Shown here: positions 1 to 12,569 of the stretch, piece by piece | How the letters are laid out: each line of letters starts with the position of its first letter | Numbering within the stretch: position 1 is the stretch's first letter | Assembly: GCA_964016885.1 (NCBI GenBank) | Contig: OZ024742.1 | Span: 91,946,001 to 92,010,000 of the forward strand | Length of the DNA: 64,000 bases | DNA from: Eledone cirrhosa | Lineage: Eukaryota | Reading direction: 5' to 3' | Notes under the pieces: model-generated | Database searches by the model: none | The model's input: the letters and a program-made list of their open reading frames with translations, nothing else | Told to the model about the DNA's origin: nothing | Translations under genes and position numbers: made by a program

Positions 1-254
<254 letters not shown>

Positions 255-523
255 AAAAGCAGAAGAACTGCGAAACCGGTAAAGGAACCAAATAAATATA
301 TATATTTTAAAAAAAAATAAGACTTCAGTTGCATTTTCGATTTCATCTCTTTTTCTTTATATATATATATATAAATATATATATAGATGTATATATTTAT
401 GAAAGCATGTATATACATATAGGGGTGGGGTATATACATGCTTTCTTTTCGTAAACGCACATCCACTCAGTAATACAAAAGTGTGAAGTTTCCTACAAAA
501 AAGAGATGCCTGTATGTTATCTC

Positions 524-623
<100 letters not shown>

Positions 624-653
624 TTACTCTACATTTATATTTTACTTTTAAAG

Positions 654-788
654 AGAACGACATTGCCCTATTGACCTTGGACCGACCAGTAACCGAAGGA
701 CGTTGTGTCCAATTTGCAACAATGGCCAGACAGGGAGAAACCTTTGGTACTAGTAGATGTATGGCTGCTGGATGGGGAAAAGTCTCAA
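654..788 (+). CDS. S1 (chymotrypsin-family) serine protease, internal exon containing catalytic Asp102; upstream exons lie outside the window or were not found
   Basis: Translates ENDIALLTLDRPV...CMAAGWGKVS (DIALL and GWG motifs). Pyrimidine tract then AG (acceptor at 653 or 655, ambiguous); donor GTAAAT at 789, phase 1. Confidence 0.9.
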
Positions 789-886
789 GTAAATATCTTT
801 AGACAATTATACATTGTTTTCATTACTTCAGTCTATACATACATCACTGTTAGATTTTAACCATCATTTTGTTGTGTAATTTTCAG

Positions 887-1032
887 CTAATGGAAACAGC
901 CCTGACAAATTACAGAAGGTCGTCCTTCCCGTTATACCGTTTGATACGTGTCGTCAAAACTCTATGATGAACATTGCAGATGGAATTCTATGTGCCGGAG
1001 ATTTTATCCCAGGTGGTGGTGGTACTTGCCAG
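887..1032 (+). CDS. S1 serine protease, penultimate exon
   Basis: TTTCAG acceptor ending 886; phase matches the previous exon; reads (T)NGNSPDKLQKVVLPVIPFDTC...ILCAGDFIPGGGGTCQ; donor GTACGT at 1033. Confidence 0.93.
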
Positions 1033-1513
1033 GTACGTTAATATTGATATTATAATAATAAATAACTATATTGATAGCTAACTGATATCTCTCTCTCCCC
1101 GATATCTCTTTGAGTGAACGTGAGAAGGAGTTACGATAAAACAGAGAACTTAGGTGATGACTAAGTAGTTATGTAGAAAATAGATATTGAACCTTATGTA
1201 GACTGTAGAAAATATAGATTAAATGATAAAAAATATCTTATCGTGTTGAAAAATAACGAATGTGAATATATGTGTGTGAAAAACATTATAACTATCCTAA
1301 TGCTGAACTCACTACAAAATGTTCTTGGTATAGTCTACGGGATCGTACGTAAACGAGGTTTGGGCATCAGGATTATCTGAGGTCTCTGTGGAGTGTAGAA
1401 ATATGCAGGGCCTCGGGATCTGTGGCTATCTCTGACTACAGATCAGGTCTCTTGACAAACCGTATAACCCTTGCTAGCAGGAGAAGTTGACGTTATCAAT
1501 GATGGTGATGATA

Positions 1514-1560
<47 letters not shown>

Positions 1561-1859
1561 AATGCTGATGATAAGGGTGATAATGATGATGCCACAAGAC
1601 GTCGACAGTGATCAACCGAAATAGCAACACATGTCGGATAAAAGTTTATAAAACGTTTCTATTGCAGAGATACAAGGTCTTGGTTCTGTCAGTTGGGGTC
1701 TCATTGAGCCATGAAACACCAAAGTTAGCTCGAGAAGAAAAAAACGCCACTTAATATATTGAGGAAGTGTTTTTGTGAATTACTCTCTAAATACTACAAG
1801 GTCTCTCTGATGTTTACTGATTTCACTAACATGTATGTGTATATTGTTTGTTGTTACAG

Positions 1860-2009
1860 GGTGATTCTGGTGGTCCTCTTTACTGTCCTAGCTCAAATGG
1901 CCAAATGGTGTTAGCAGGAGTAACCTCATTCGGAAGCACTTGCGAAAGAGATGTCAGTGCATTTACTGATGTCGGATTTTTCAGAAACTGGATCAATAGA
2001 CACTTGTGA
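1860..2009 (+). CDS. S1 serine protease, last exon with catalytic Ser195
   Basis: TTACAG acceptor; reads GDSGGPLYCPSSNGQMVLAGVTSFGSTCERDVSAFTDVGFFRNWINRHL*, TGA at 2007-2009. Confidence 0.95.
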   Translation, partial: GDSGGPLYCPSSNGQMVLAGVTSFGSTCERDVSAFTDVGFFRNWINRHL

Positions 2010-2046
2010 GATGTATTGAAACTACTATTTGTAAAGGAATGTCGCC

Positions 2047-2052
2047 AATAAA
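2047..2052 (+). promoter_or_regulatory. Probable polyadenylation signal of the protease gene
   Basis: AATAAA 38 nt after the stop, followed by GT-rich GTGTTGTTGTTG. Confidence 0.65.
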
Positions 2053-2149
2053 TATACATTAAATCCAAGTGTTGTTGTTGTTCCTTATTTGTATTAGAGA
2101 CAGTGAGAATAATATAATGACAGCAAAGGTAGTTTATATGTACATTCAT

Positions 2150-2464
2150 TCATACCGTATCCGCCACTCCTTCACCTGCACCTCCAGCCACGTTGTATAT
2201 GCCCTCCGGTGTTCCCTTTGGGGATCCTTATACATCGGACAGACAAGACGCCGTTTGGCGGACCGTTTTGTTGTACATTTGTGTGACACTCCCGTCGTCC
2301 GTCATTTCCGTTCCTCAGGTCACTCTTCCCAACATGTCTCAGTCCTGGGTGTCATTTTACATCACGGATCACAAGCCTCGCGCACCACGACTGAACAGAG
2401 TCTGATTTACCACATTGGGTCCTGTTTCCGCCATGGACTCAACTTCCCTCCCCAATTTCTTTAA
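2150..2464 (+). mobile_element. Penelope-like element fragment, GIY-YIG endonuclease C-terminus
   Basis: SFTCTSSHVVYALRC...LYIGQTRRRLADRF..HL...VRHF...HS...GLN matches the Penelope/Neptune GIY-YIG pattern (VVY...YIG, conserved R and H). Confidence 0.85.
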
Positions 2465-2689
2465 TACTCCGTCCGTTAACACATACGCGCTTGTACAGTC
2501 ACCCCTAGATTCATATGGCTCTGTTATGCTCAGAAACATATACAGCTAAAAGCAACAGCAAAAAAACAAAAGAACATTCAACAATAAAATGCTCTATTAA
2601 AATACCATTCAGAGCATATTTATTTTACTAAAATTAATAAAGAATTCGTGTCTGCCTATCGCATCTCCTGCATCATTTTGATGACATTT

Positions 2690-3890
2690 TAAGAGCTTTG
2701 GGTGAGGGCTCCAACACTAATGCCATCAACCTTGAATCCAACAAGGCCTTTGATAGGGTGGAACACAAATTCTACTGAAACAGGTATCCAATATTGGTGT
2801 CACTGGAAAGTTACTGCAATGGATCAATTGTTTCCTTACAAACAGAGGCCAACATGTTGTAGTCGAAGGGGTACAATGAAGCTCAACCAAAGTCAGGAGT
2901 GGCGTTCCACAAGGGACTTTGTTCGGCCCACTTCTTTTCATTATCAATATCAATGAAATTACTGATGTCATCAAGCACCCCAACATAAGAATCTTTACAG
3001 ATGATTCCAAGCTCCATCAGTGGGGTGGGTAACTGGACATGTCTTCAATCAGCTCTACTTGCTGTTATCCAATGGGCAGAAAAAAAAATATGCTGCTGAA
3101 CGAGAATAAGTTCTAATTAATCCACTTTGGAAAAGAAAATGCTCTGAAGCTCTCATACTACCTTCAGGTGAAACTCCAGTGGCATCCAATAACACCAGAG
3201 ACCTGGGAGTAATTGTTGATAACAACATGAGCTGGGCCACTCATATCAACAGCAAAGTTGGCATGGCCCGCAGAATGTGTTCCTGGATTCTCTGAACATT
3301 CCACTCGACAGATATCCACATTATTATGGTGGATTGGCAGTATCGGGAGGGGGTCGGACGTCATGCTTTGACGCATAGAGTTACGGCCCTTACCATTCTG
3401 AGTTCAAATTCCACCGAGGTTAACTTTGCCTTTCATCCTTACGAGGTCGATAAAATAAAGTACCAGTAATATACTGGATAATTGCTGGCCTTGTGCCAAA
3501 AGTAGAAACAATTATTATCCTTCTTTTCTCTACTTTTGCCCGATCCCACATGGAATACTGTTGTACACATTCGGTCTACCCATACGAAACAAAGTAGTAT
3601 GAATATTGAGGCTCCTCAAATGTCAATCAAAAAAAGGATAGACAGCATGACAGGCCTTGACTATTGGGGTCAACTAGAAAAGCTCAAACTCTCCAACGCC
3701 CCCGTGAGCGATACATTATCTGAATGATGCGTCAAATATTCCATCAACACTGCCCATATGATGTTCGCATCATTTTTAAATTACACCTAAGGTTTGGGCC
3801 CCGTGCTATCTACCCACAACAAAAATCAAACTTGTTTCTCCTAACAACATTACGGCACAATTATTTCCCCTCAACTCTCTTTAACTTTAA
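2690..3890 (+). mobile_element. Decayed CR1/L2-type LINE reverse transcriptase fragment, interrupted by a SINE
   Basis: Frameshifted motifs KAFDRV, SGVPQGTLFGPLLF, IFTDDSK (FADD-like), RDLGVIVDNNMSW. Confidence 0.8.
3328..3518 (+). mobile_element. tRNA-derived SINE, family 1 (abundant in this window)
   Basis: B-box-like GAGTTCAAAT; conserved body GCCTTTCATCCTTACG.GGTCGATAAAATAAAGTACCAGT; tail GCTGGCCTTGTGCC.AAAGTAGAAACAATTATT; about ten similar copies in the window. Confidence 0.85.
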
Positions 3891-3895
3891 AACAG

Positions 3896-3941
<46 letters not shown>

Positions 3942-3966
3942 ACACACACCCACACACACACACACA

Positions 3967-4023
<57 letters not shown>

Positions 4024-4119
4024 GGACATAACATAGAAAGTGTGGTAAGGAACCAGGTAGACCATAACGCACCAGAGTACTCGATACTTAGCTTCGGCCG
4101 TTTCGACAGCTATATATAT

Positions 4120-4370
4120 ATATAAGTATATATGCGTACATACATATATGTATACAGAGGTACAGTAATATGTATATATATACATACATGCACACATATA
4201 TATATATGTACGTATGGATTCACCGAACATTTATTATAATGCTCGGTGTGTTTGTAAACAAAGATCCCGAATTAAGCCGTACAGTGTCCAGCAACCATCA
4301 TTGCTCATTTGTTCAACACTGACAAAGGAACGCTGTACTAGTTTCAAGCGTATTAGCTATCGTCAACATC
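4120..4370 (-). mobile_element. Diverged single copy of the hammerhead-bearing 472-bp repeat (family A)
   Basis: TTTGTTCAACACTGACAAAGGAACGCTGTACTAGTTTCAAGCGTATTAGCTATCGTCAA matches the array unit; core decayed to UUGACGA. Confidence 0.8.
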
Positions 4371-4980
4371 CTATGGCAGGAATCATCAGAGCCTATAAAT
4401 AAGAGTATATTAAAAGTTGCAGAATCCATCAAGCTCAGTCACCAGAACAGTAGGGGGTCCCAAGACCAGCGCTATATATAGAAAGAATAGTTGGTCAGCG
4501 GTGGTGCAGCTTTACAATCCTACATGTAAAGTTGCACCACCGCTGACCAACTATTCTTCTCACGGACTCATGCTTGCAAGCTCCCTTAATCTCCCTGTAC
4601 ATCCTTTATTCGCACTGCTTGTGAATTGATGTATCTTTGCTTTGTTTTTTTTTTCTTTGTTTTTTTGATCATGCTAAGTGACACCATCACTCATTTCTTG
4701 CTATCCCCTTCCGGCCTCCTTCTGATGTATTGCACCATTTATGTGAAAAAATATTTTATGTAAATTTTTTATGTAACTTTTTAAGATATTTTATGACATT
4801 ATGTGCGTCATGTATAGCGTCTTTTTCTATATAGCGCTGGCCTTGGGACCCCCTACTGGTCCCTCAACCTTGTTCTGGTGACTGAGCTTGATGGAGCCTG
4901 CAACTTTTAATATACTCTTGTTTATAGGCTCTGATTATTCCTGCCATAGGGTATGGATGAAACACTGTTAGCTAATAAAA
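4370..4980 (+). mobile_element. Penelope-LTR-like element with an inverted 5' copy and a degenerate hammerhead (family C)
   Basis: 4370-4480 is the reverse complement of ~4825-4950; 32-bp hairpin arms at 4485-4516 and 4526-4557; GGCT-CTGATTA...GAAA-CACTGTT-AGCT-AATAAA at 4927-4979. Confidence 0.65.
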
Positions 4981-5156
4981 CAATGTATTTCTAAGCACTC
5001 TTTGGTTATTCCTAAACTTATAACGGCTCTGTAGTATACTTGTCATCCTACATTGAGCTAAAACCACACTGTCATACCAAGGGCAATATATTTGCGTGTC
5101 TGTACACATTGGTATACTTGTCAACGAAACTATATATATATATATCTATATATATC

Positions 5157-5213
<57 letters not shown>

Positions 5214-5320
5214 ATGTATATGTATAAGGAAACTGGTCAGTCAATGGGAAAAATTGAATGTTTATACCCTCAATAAAAAACATACTCTACTTATTTATTG
5301 AGATTTATAGCCCCTACCAG

Positions 5321-5445
<125 letters not shown>

Positions 5446-5824
5446 CTGAATGTGTGGGTGATGGTAGTGAAAAATACTGAAATCTGAAAGTACATCAAGT
5501 TGAATAGAAGTGTTAAAAGATGTGAGCTGAGAGGGACTCCGAGGCACGTATATAAGATAAATGATTAGCTGCAAGGAAGTTGGGCGGGTAGAAATGGAGG
5601 AAAGGAAACAATAAAGAAAGAATAAAAATAAAAAAATGTAATGTGTTAAAAAAAGGAAAAGAAAAACAGAACCAGTGGGAGGAAAGAGCTGACAAAAATG
5701 AAGGAAATAAAAAGATTAGAAAGAAATAAGAATGAAGATTACGATTTCGCAGAAAGATAACGCTAGGATACCGAGATGGAAAAAAGCAATGGGAGATTTG
5801 ACAAATGTATGTGTGTGTGTGTGT

Positions 5825-5905
<81 letters not shown>

Positions 5906-6224
5906 ATCGTATAAATATTAAAGGAAATGTGTTTTCAAAGTGGAAGCCAACAGACGAGACAGAAAATTGTAAATTTTGCTCGAATATCTTGACAGACGAT
6001 CTCGTAAACATCGAAATGGATAAAAATACGTATCCATTATTTCGTAAATTTATTATATAAGCCATTTCTTTCTCTCATTCTACTGCACTCAACTATCATT
6101 CCCTCTAATACACATTTATCAATTCCTATGCATATGCATGTCTGTTTATGTGTGCGTGCGTGTATGTGTAAGAGTACATGAGGAGGAGGTTCAAGCGTAT
6201 GTGTACACATAGAAGGATTATATA

Positions 6225-6280
<56 letters not shown>

Positions 6281-6327
6281 CTCTCTCTATATATATATTA
6301 GAATTTAGCTTCGACATAGCTGTATAT

Positions 6328-9102
6328 TAGGGTGTTCCAGAATCCCACATTTTAGACAAAAGTATTTTTTTGTTATCTCCCTATGCATTTTCTCATGCTA
6401 TTTTAATATATTATCAATTTATAATGTAGTTTTGATTATTTCAGACTAATTTAAGCCTTGCCTAACCTAATAGTTGCAAATTGGTAGAATAATGGCGGAA
6501 ACCAGTAGGCCTAGTTGTAGCTACTCGCTCCGTTGTAATGATCGAGAAATATGGCTCCTGGGGCAATATGTTACATCCTTATCACCAAACAAAATACCAA
6601 CAAAGGGGGATGTTCTAAGATATTTCTTCTACCTGAAAGATGGTCCTATGAAACACGAAAAGCATGTGAGCTTCAATGGTGCTATTGCGGATAAGCTCGT
6701 GATGGAAGTAGTTAGTCAGTGTGAAAAACTGGTGTAGCGACTCAACGAAAAGACAAAGTGAAACTGAAAATTATGAACATGTACAGTGAATACAAAAATT
6801 TACAAAAAAACAAAGGTTCTAAGTCAAACAAAGAAAAGGAAGCTCTATTTATTTCTGAATTGGATTCGTATTTCTACATTGCACATGCTGATGCTGAAAA
6901 GAAAATTTTGAAAGACCGTCTTCGTAATAATGAACAGAAAATGGAAGATGCTACATTTCTCGAAGCCCTGCGTTGCCAGAAAAAAGTATCTCTGGGTGCT
7001 GAAGAAAAGGGTTACCAGAAAAAGGTATCTTCAAAGTTTAAGTGTGATCAGGTTTCTGTGGCTCATCGAGAGTCAGAGAACCATAGAAAGCGTTTGTCAA
7101 GATCTGTAGCAGCACAACTTCCACGTAATGAACTGAGTGATTCAAGTTCAACCAATGATGAAACTGAAGATGAACAGGATCCTGAATTTCAGGCCTCAAA
7201 CCCACCCAGAGACAGCTCAAAGTCAGACAAGAAACGAAAAATCCAGCTGGAACTCCCAAAGAATCCATTTCAAAGTCCAAACATTTCTCTAATGGCTGAT
7301 CGTTTAAACCTGACACTGGGCCAGCATTTATGGCATCGATTATTTCTGAGGGTGGGACTGGCATAGACGCCACAACTCTCTCCAAGAATAGTAGCAGACG
7401 TGCAGCTAAGAAGATCAGAACTGTGGGGGCTGAACACATAAAGGAACAATTTGCTGCACCAGACTTTGTTACCTTGCATTGGGATGGCAAAATAATTCCT
7501 GGTGACCACGAGAGGCTAGGTGTACTAGTTGCTGGAACTCCGGACTTCAGAGAAGGTAAATTCCTCGGTGTTTCCATAATTCCTGATGGCACTGGAACCA
7601 CCCAAGCCAAAGCATCATTTGATCTTGTTAAAGATTGTAATGTTGTTGGGTCTGTGGTGTGCTTGGTCTTCGACACAACTGCTTCGAATTCTGGATGGAA
7701 AAATGGTGCCTGCGTGAATCTAGAAGAGATGCTCAACAAAAAGGTGTTTTATTTTGCTTGTCGGCACCATGTCATGGAGCGTATCTTGTGTGCAGTGTGG
7801 CAACAACTATTCGCAGCAATGTCCAGTCCAGACACCCCAGAGTTCAAGGAGTTCAAAAAAGATTGGGTGTCACTCACGGAAAAAAACCAACTTTAAAACA
7901 TTGAACATTGTCGACCGGAGACTCAAGCGTCTGTGTTCTGAGAACATCAAGTTTCTCCAAGATTTGCTGACATCCGACGATGGGAAAATGAGTTCTCTTC
8001 CACGGGACAACTACCGAGAATGTGCCACGTTGATGTTGATCTTGCTTGGTGTCACCTCTCCTTGTGGAATTCATTGGATGCTGCACATCATGACGCCCGG
8101 TGGATGTCCACAATCATCTATAGTGCAAAGATGTATGCATTTGGTGAGCGACTCGATTACGATCAAGCTAAAATGGAAAAGTTGCGCCGGATCTGTATGT
8201 TCAATGCTCTGTTGTACGTGCTATACTGGCTGACAGCCGTCTAATGTGCTGATGCACCATCCAATGACCTTCAATTCTACGTGGAGTTGACACAGTACAG
8301 TAAGGTCGACAGAGATCTCTCGCAGGCAGCCACTACTGCTCTGAGCAGGCATCTTTGGTACCTGACAGAGGAAGCCATTCCGCTAGCGCTGTTTTTAAGT
8401 CGGGCCCAAGAGTCCGAGAAGAAGCAAATAGCCCAACGTCTTGTCAAAACGAAAACGTCTGGGCCTCTCGACCGTCGTGCCCCAGTATTTCCCGAGTTGA
8501 AGTCGTCCACGAAGCTGCCTCATCTAGTTGGGAAGAAATCAAGGCTTCTGTTCGATCTCCTTGGTCTCGACGATAATTGGCTTGAGCTGTCACCTGGTTG
8601 TCACAAGCGTCATATCAAAATGCCTGTACTGTTGTTCACAATATCAAGGTAGTCAACTATCTGGCGGAGAGAGCAGTCAAGTTGATAACTGATTTTGTTG
8701 CCATCACCAAGAATGAGGAGGAGAAGCAGTGTGTTCTTCAAGTAGTCGAAGCTCATCGTCGCAAGGTCCCGGATTTCAAAAAAGAAGCTCTGAAAAAAAT
8801 ATGACTGGACTTAACTTAACTGAACTTGTTTCTTCCTTGTACGCCTTTATATTCAAAGCTGGTTTACTAAATATAATGAATTAATAAAATAAACAATTAT
8901 TGTATGGTCATATTTGGTTTCACATTTTCATGATTTCATGCAACATAATAACACTTTCCACTATAATCATCATGATATAGGCAAGACTCAAAATAATTTA
9001 TTTTATACAAAATATGTTTTATTTTACCAATTGGAACATTTATAATGGGAAAATATACAGGGAGAGTTAGTATTGTGACCTTACTTTTTATGGTACACTC
9101 TA
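6328..9102 (+). mobile_element. hAT-superfamily (hATm-like) DNA transposon, complete ends
   Basis: TIRs TAGGGTGTTCCA and TGGTACACTCTA (10/12 match); exact 8-bp TSD CTGTATAT at 6320-6327 and 9103-9110; transposase inside. Confidence 0.92.
6492..8804 (+). pseudogene. hATm-type transposase pseudogene
   Basis: Motifs LHWDGK, FDTTASNSG..NGAC, ACRHH..E, HHDARWM, HLWYL, VVN.LAERAVK spread over several frames with stops. Confidence 0.88.
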
Positions 9103-9734
9103 CTGTATATATACATGTATATGAATTTCATACATCTAAAGATGTACGGTGTGTTTAATAAATAAACATTTGGGAATCTCAGCTATGAATAGAAGGCTGA
9201 CAGCTCACGCCGTCTAGCGGAATCCAGAAGAAGAAAGGGGAATAGTTGTCTATGCATTTCGAACTTAAATGGACAATGCTTCCCTCTGCCTACTACTGAA
9301 CCTTGAGACAGTCGAAAATATATAGTTTTTTCGCCTGTGTAAATGGGCTGATTAGCCTCATTTACATACGAAGCTGTATACGTTGGCTCAACTTAAAGAG
9401 AATTAGAATTTAGCTTCGGCATAGCTGTAGGCATACATGTATGGGAATTTCGTACATCGAAAGATATATGGTATGTTTGATAAATAGACATTTTGAAGCC
9501 TCACAGGGCGCTGGCTGTCAACCTACTATTCATAGCTGAGGCAGAGAGTAAAGCTTTATTCTTTTCAACCTCTCCCAGTAGCTGAATAATAATTGTGTTG
9601 AGATCTTATTCATGTAATATATATATATATATATACACGCACGAGCGCACATACACAGACATAAACAGACATGCATATGCATTCAAATTGATAAATGTAT
9701 AATATATATGTACGTGTTTTTCTATATATATCTA

Positions 9735-9815
<81 letters not shown>

Positions 9816-11081
9816 AATCCGTCATACACTTTTCTATTTCTCTCCATCACACTTTATTTCTGTCTAGCTCGTATCCGTAATACCCCCCCCCCCCCGCCCA
9901 AGCAAGGTATATATAAATAAATAAATATATATATATATACATATATATATGTGTGTGTGTATCAACCTAAAAAATATTCTTACGACGATGTAAGTTGTCA
10001 TTGACATCTAGCATATCGAAGGGCCTTGGTTTAGTATGTGTGAGTGGGCGGAGGTCAATTGAGTGTGCTGGTACGTGGAAATGGTGTGGCAGACTGTCTG
10101 TAGATTTTAAGATGTGATGGAGACGTTACAGACTTCATGTCTGACATGTTACCAAGATCTCGTTTGTACCCGTACTAGAGGGGAAATGGTGGGGATATAC
10201 GGACAGGAGCCAGTCAGAAATAAAGTTTGATGGAAAGAAATACTCAAAATACTTACATGATGAAGGCGCCTGGCTTAATAGTTAATGTGTTCAACTCACA
10301 ATCGTATGGTCATGATTTCGATTCCCAGCGGTCCGCTGTATCCTTGAGCAAATCATTTTCACTAGCATGCTGCTCTATTGATCGAACAACTGGAAAACTA
10401 ATCTCGAAAACAGATAGATTTCCATTTATTTACATCATATATTCAAGAATGTCTACCGTTTTAAACAGGAATAATTTTATGCAGAATTAATGATGCTGTT
10501 TTTTGATGTCGCTAATATTATTATCGTCGTTATAGATGCTGCAACATGTTATTGCTGCATATATTCTAGAAACCATTACAAAAGCTAATAATAGTTTCAC
10601 TTGTTGCTTCTGCTATAGATATCTTTAAAAACACTATCGTGTTCAGCGATTATATATTCTATTGAACAAGACTCTATTCAGCGATATATATTCCCACAAG
10701 CTACTATATACTTTTTAGCAGACAACACAATTCTTATACGATATACCTAATTGCGTCCTTCTACTATACAAATGAAGGAGAAATATACATAATATTTACT
10801 GGCATGTACAGTCGATAGAAAATTAATTCTTACATTTCGTAACCATTATAAAACTTGATAACATGACATACTGAAAGAAAGAAAGAAATCATACTGCAAT
10901 TATCGAGATAAATATGTTATCGTGATACAGACTAAGCAATATTTTATAAAACCACAGATAACTTATGGCCAACTTTTGCAACCACGTAATATCACATACG
11001 ATCTCACTGTGCGGCAGCTTCCACAAGTGCCTTCTGCTATAACTTTGGGTTGGCTAATATATTGAGAGGTTTGGTAGGAGT

Positions 11082-11745
11082 AAACACACACACAAACACG
11101 CTCACACACACACACACAAACACACACAAACACAAACATGCATACACACACACACACACACTCACAAACACAAACATGCATACACACACACACAAACACA
11201 AACATGTATACACACACAAACACAAACATGCATACACACACACAAACACAAACATGGATACACACACACACAAACACACACAAACACAAACATGGATACA
11301 CACACACACAAACACAAACATGCATACACACACAAACACAAACACACACACACAAACACAAACATGCACACACACAAACACAAACATCCATACACACACA
11401 CAAACACAAACATGCACACACACACACACAAACACAAACATGCATACACACACACACACACAAACACAAACACATACACACAAACACAAACATGCACACA
11501 CACAAACACAAACACAAACATGCATACACACACACACAAACACAAACATGCACACACACAAACACAAACACAAACATGCATACACACACACACACAAACA
11601 CAAACACACACACACAAACACAAACATGCACACACACAGACACAAACATCCACACACACACACAAACACAAACATGCACACACACACACACAAACACAAT
11701 CATGCATACACACACACACACACACACACAAACACAAACATGCAT

Positions 11746-11776
<31 letters not shown>

Positions 11777-11801
11777 AACATGCATACACACACACAAACA
11801 T

Positions 11802-11884
<83 letters not shown>

Positions 11885-11920
11885 CACACACACATACACA
11901 CACACACACATGCATACGCA
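11082..11920. repeat. Compound CA-rich minisatellite, unit about (CA)n-AACACAAACATGCATA
   Basis: Directly visible; produces the long HT/VC ORFs. Confidence 0.95.
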
Positions 11921-12315
11921 CAAAGATACGCATGTATATGAAGACTTATATAAATACATATAATATTTATATACGATATATATGGATAGACTCGCTGTTG
12001 AAGAAAAATATGTTTTTGTAACGAAATGAAACGATAGTAATTATATTTTTCTCTATTTTCCTCAATGGATATTCCATAGCGTTTACAGTATATTCTGAGA
12101 GTATCAGACAGCGTTGTTTCAAGATTCATCAATCATTCACTAGTGACACTCTCTCAGAACACACTGGCATGGAATAGACTATAATCTATATAGTATTCTG
12201 CGTGATGGTGACCAAAATGGCTGACTGAAGACACACGTACTGTTTCTAAAAGAAATTTTTTTCGTTGATCCCTCTTCTCTTTCTCATTATATTTCTTCCT
12301 TTATTTCTCATTATA

Positions 12316-12342
12316 TCTTCTGATAAAAGACTAAGATCCGAA
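12316..12342 (+). ncRNA. Degenerate minimal (Penelope-type) hammerhead remnant
   Basis: CTT-CTGATAA...CC-GAAA-CGTA-AAG; G8 mutated and stem II poor, probably inactive. Confidence 0.4.
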
Positions 12343-12463
12343 ACGTAAAGAGAATTTTCCTACTATACAAAGCGTTAAACTAATATACTTCTTCATTGTA
12401 TCGTATTTTCTTTACTTTTTACCTACAAACATGTGCGTGTGTATGTATGTACGTATGTATGTA

Positions 12464-12569
<106 letters not shown>

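Noticed and set aside
10963-12132. Long Cys/Val- or His/Thr-rich ORFs (up to 389 aa)
   Set aside because: Translations of a CA-rich minisatellite that is stop-free in several frames.
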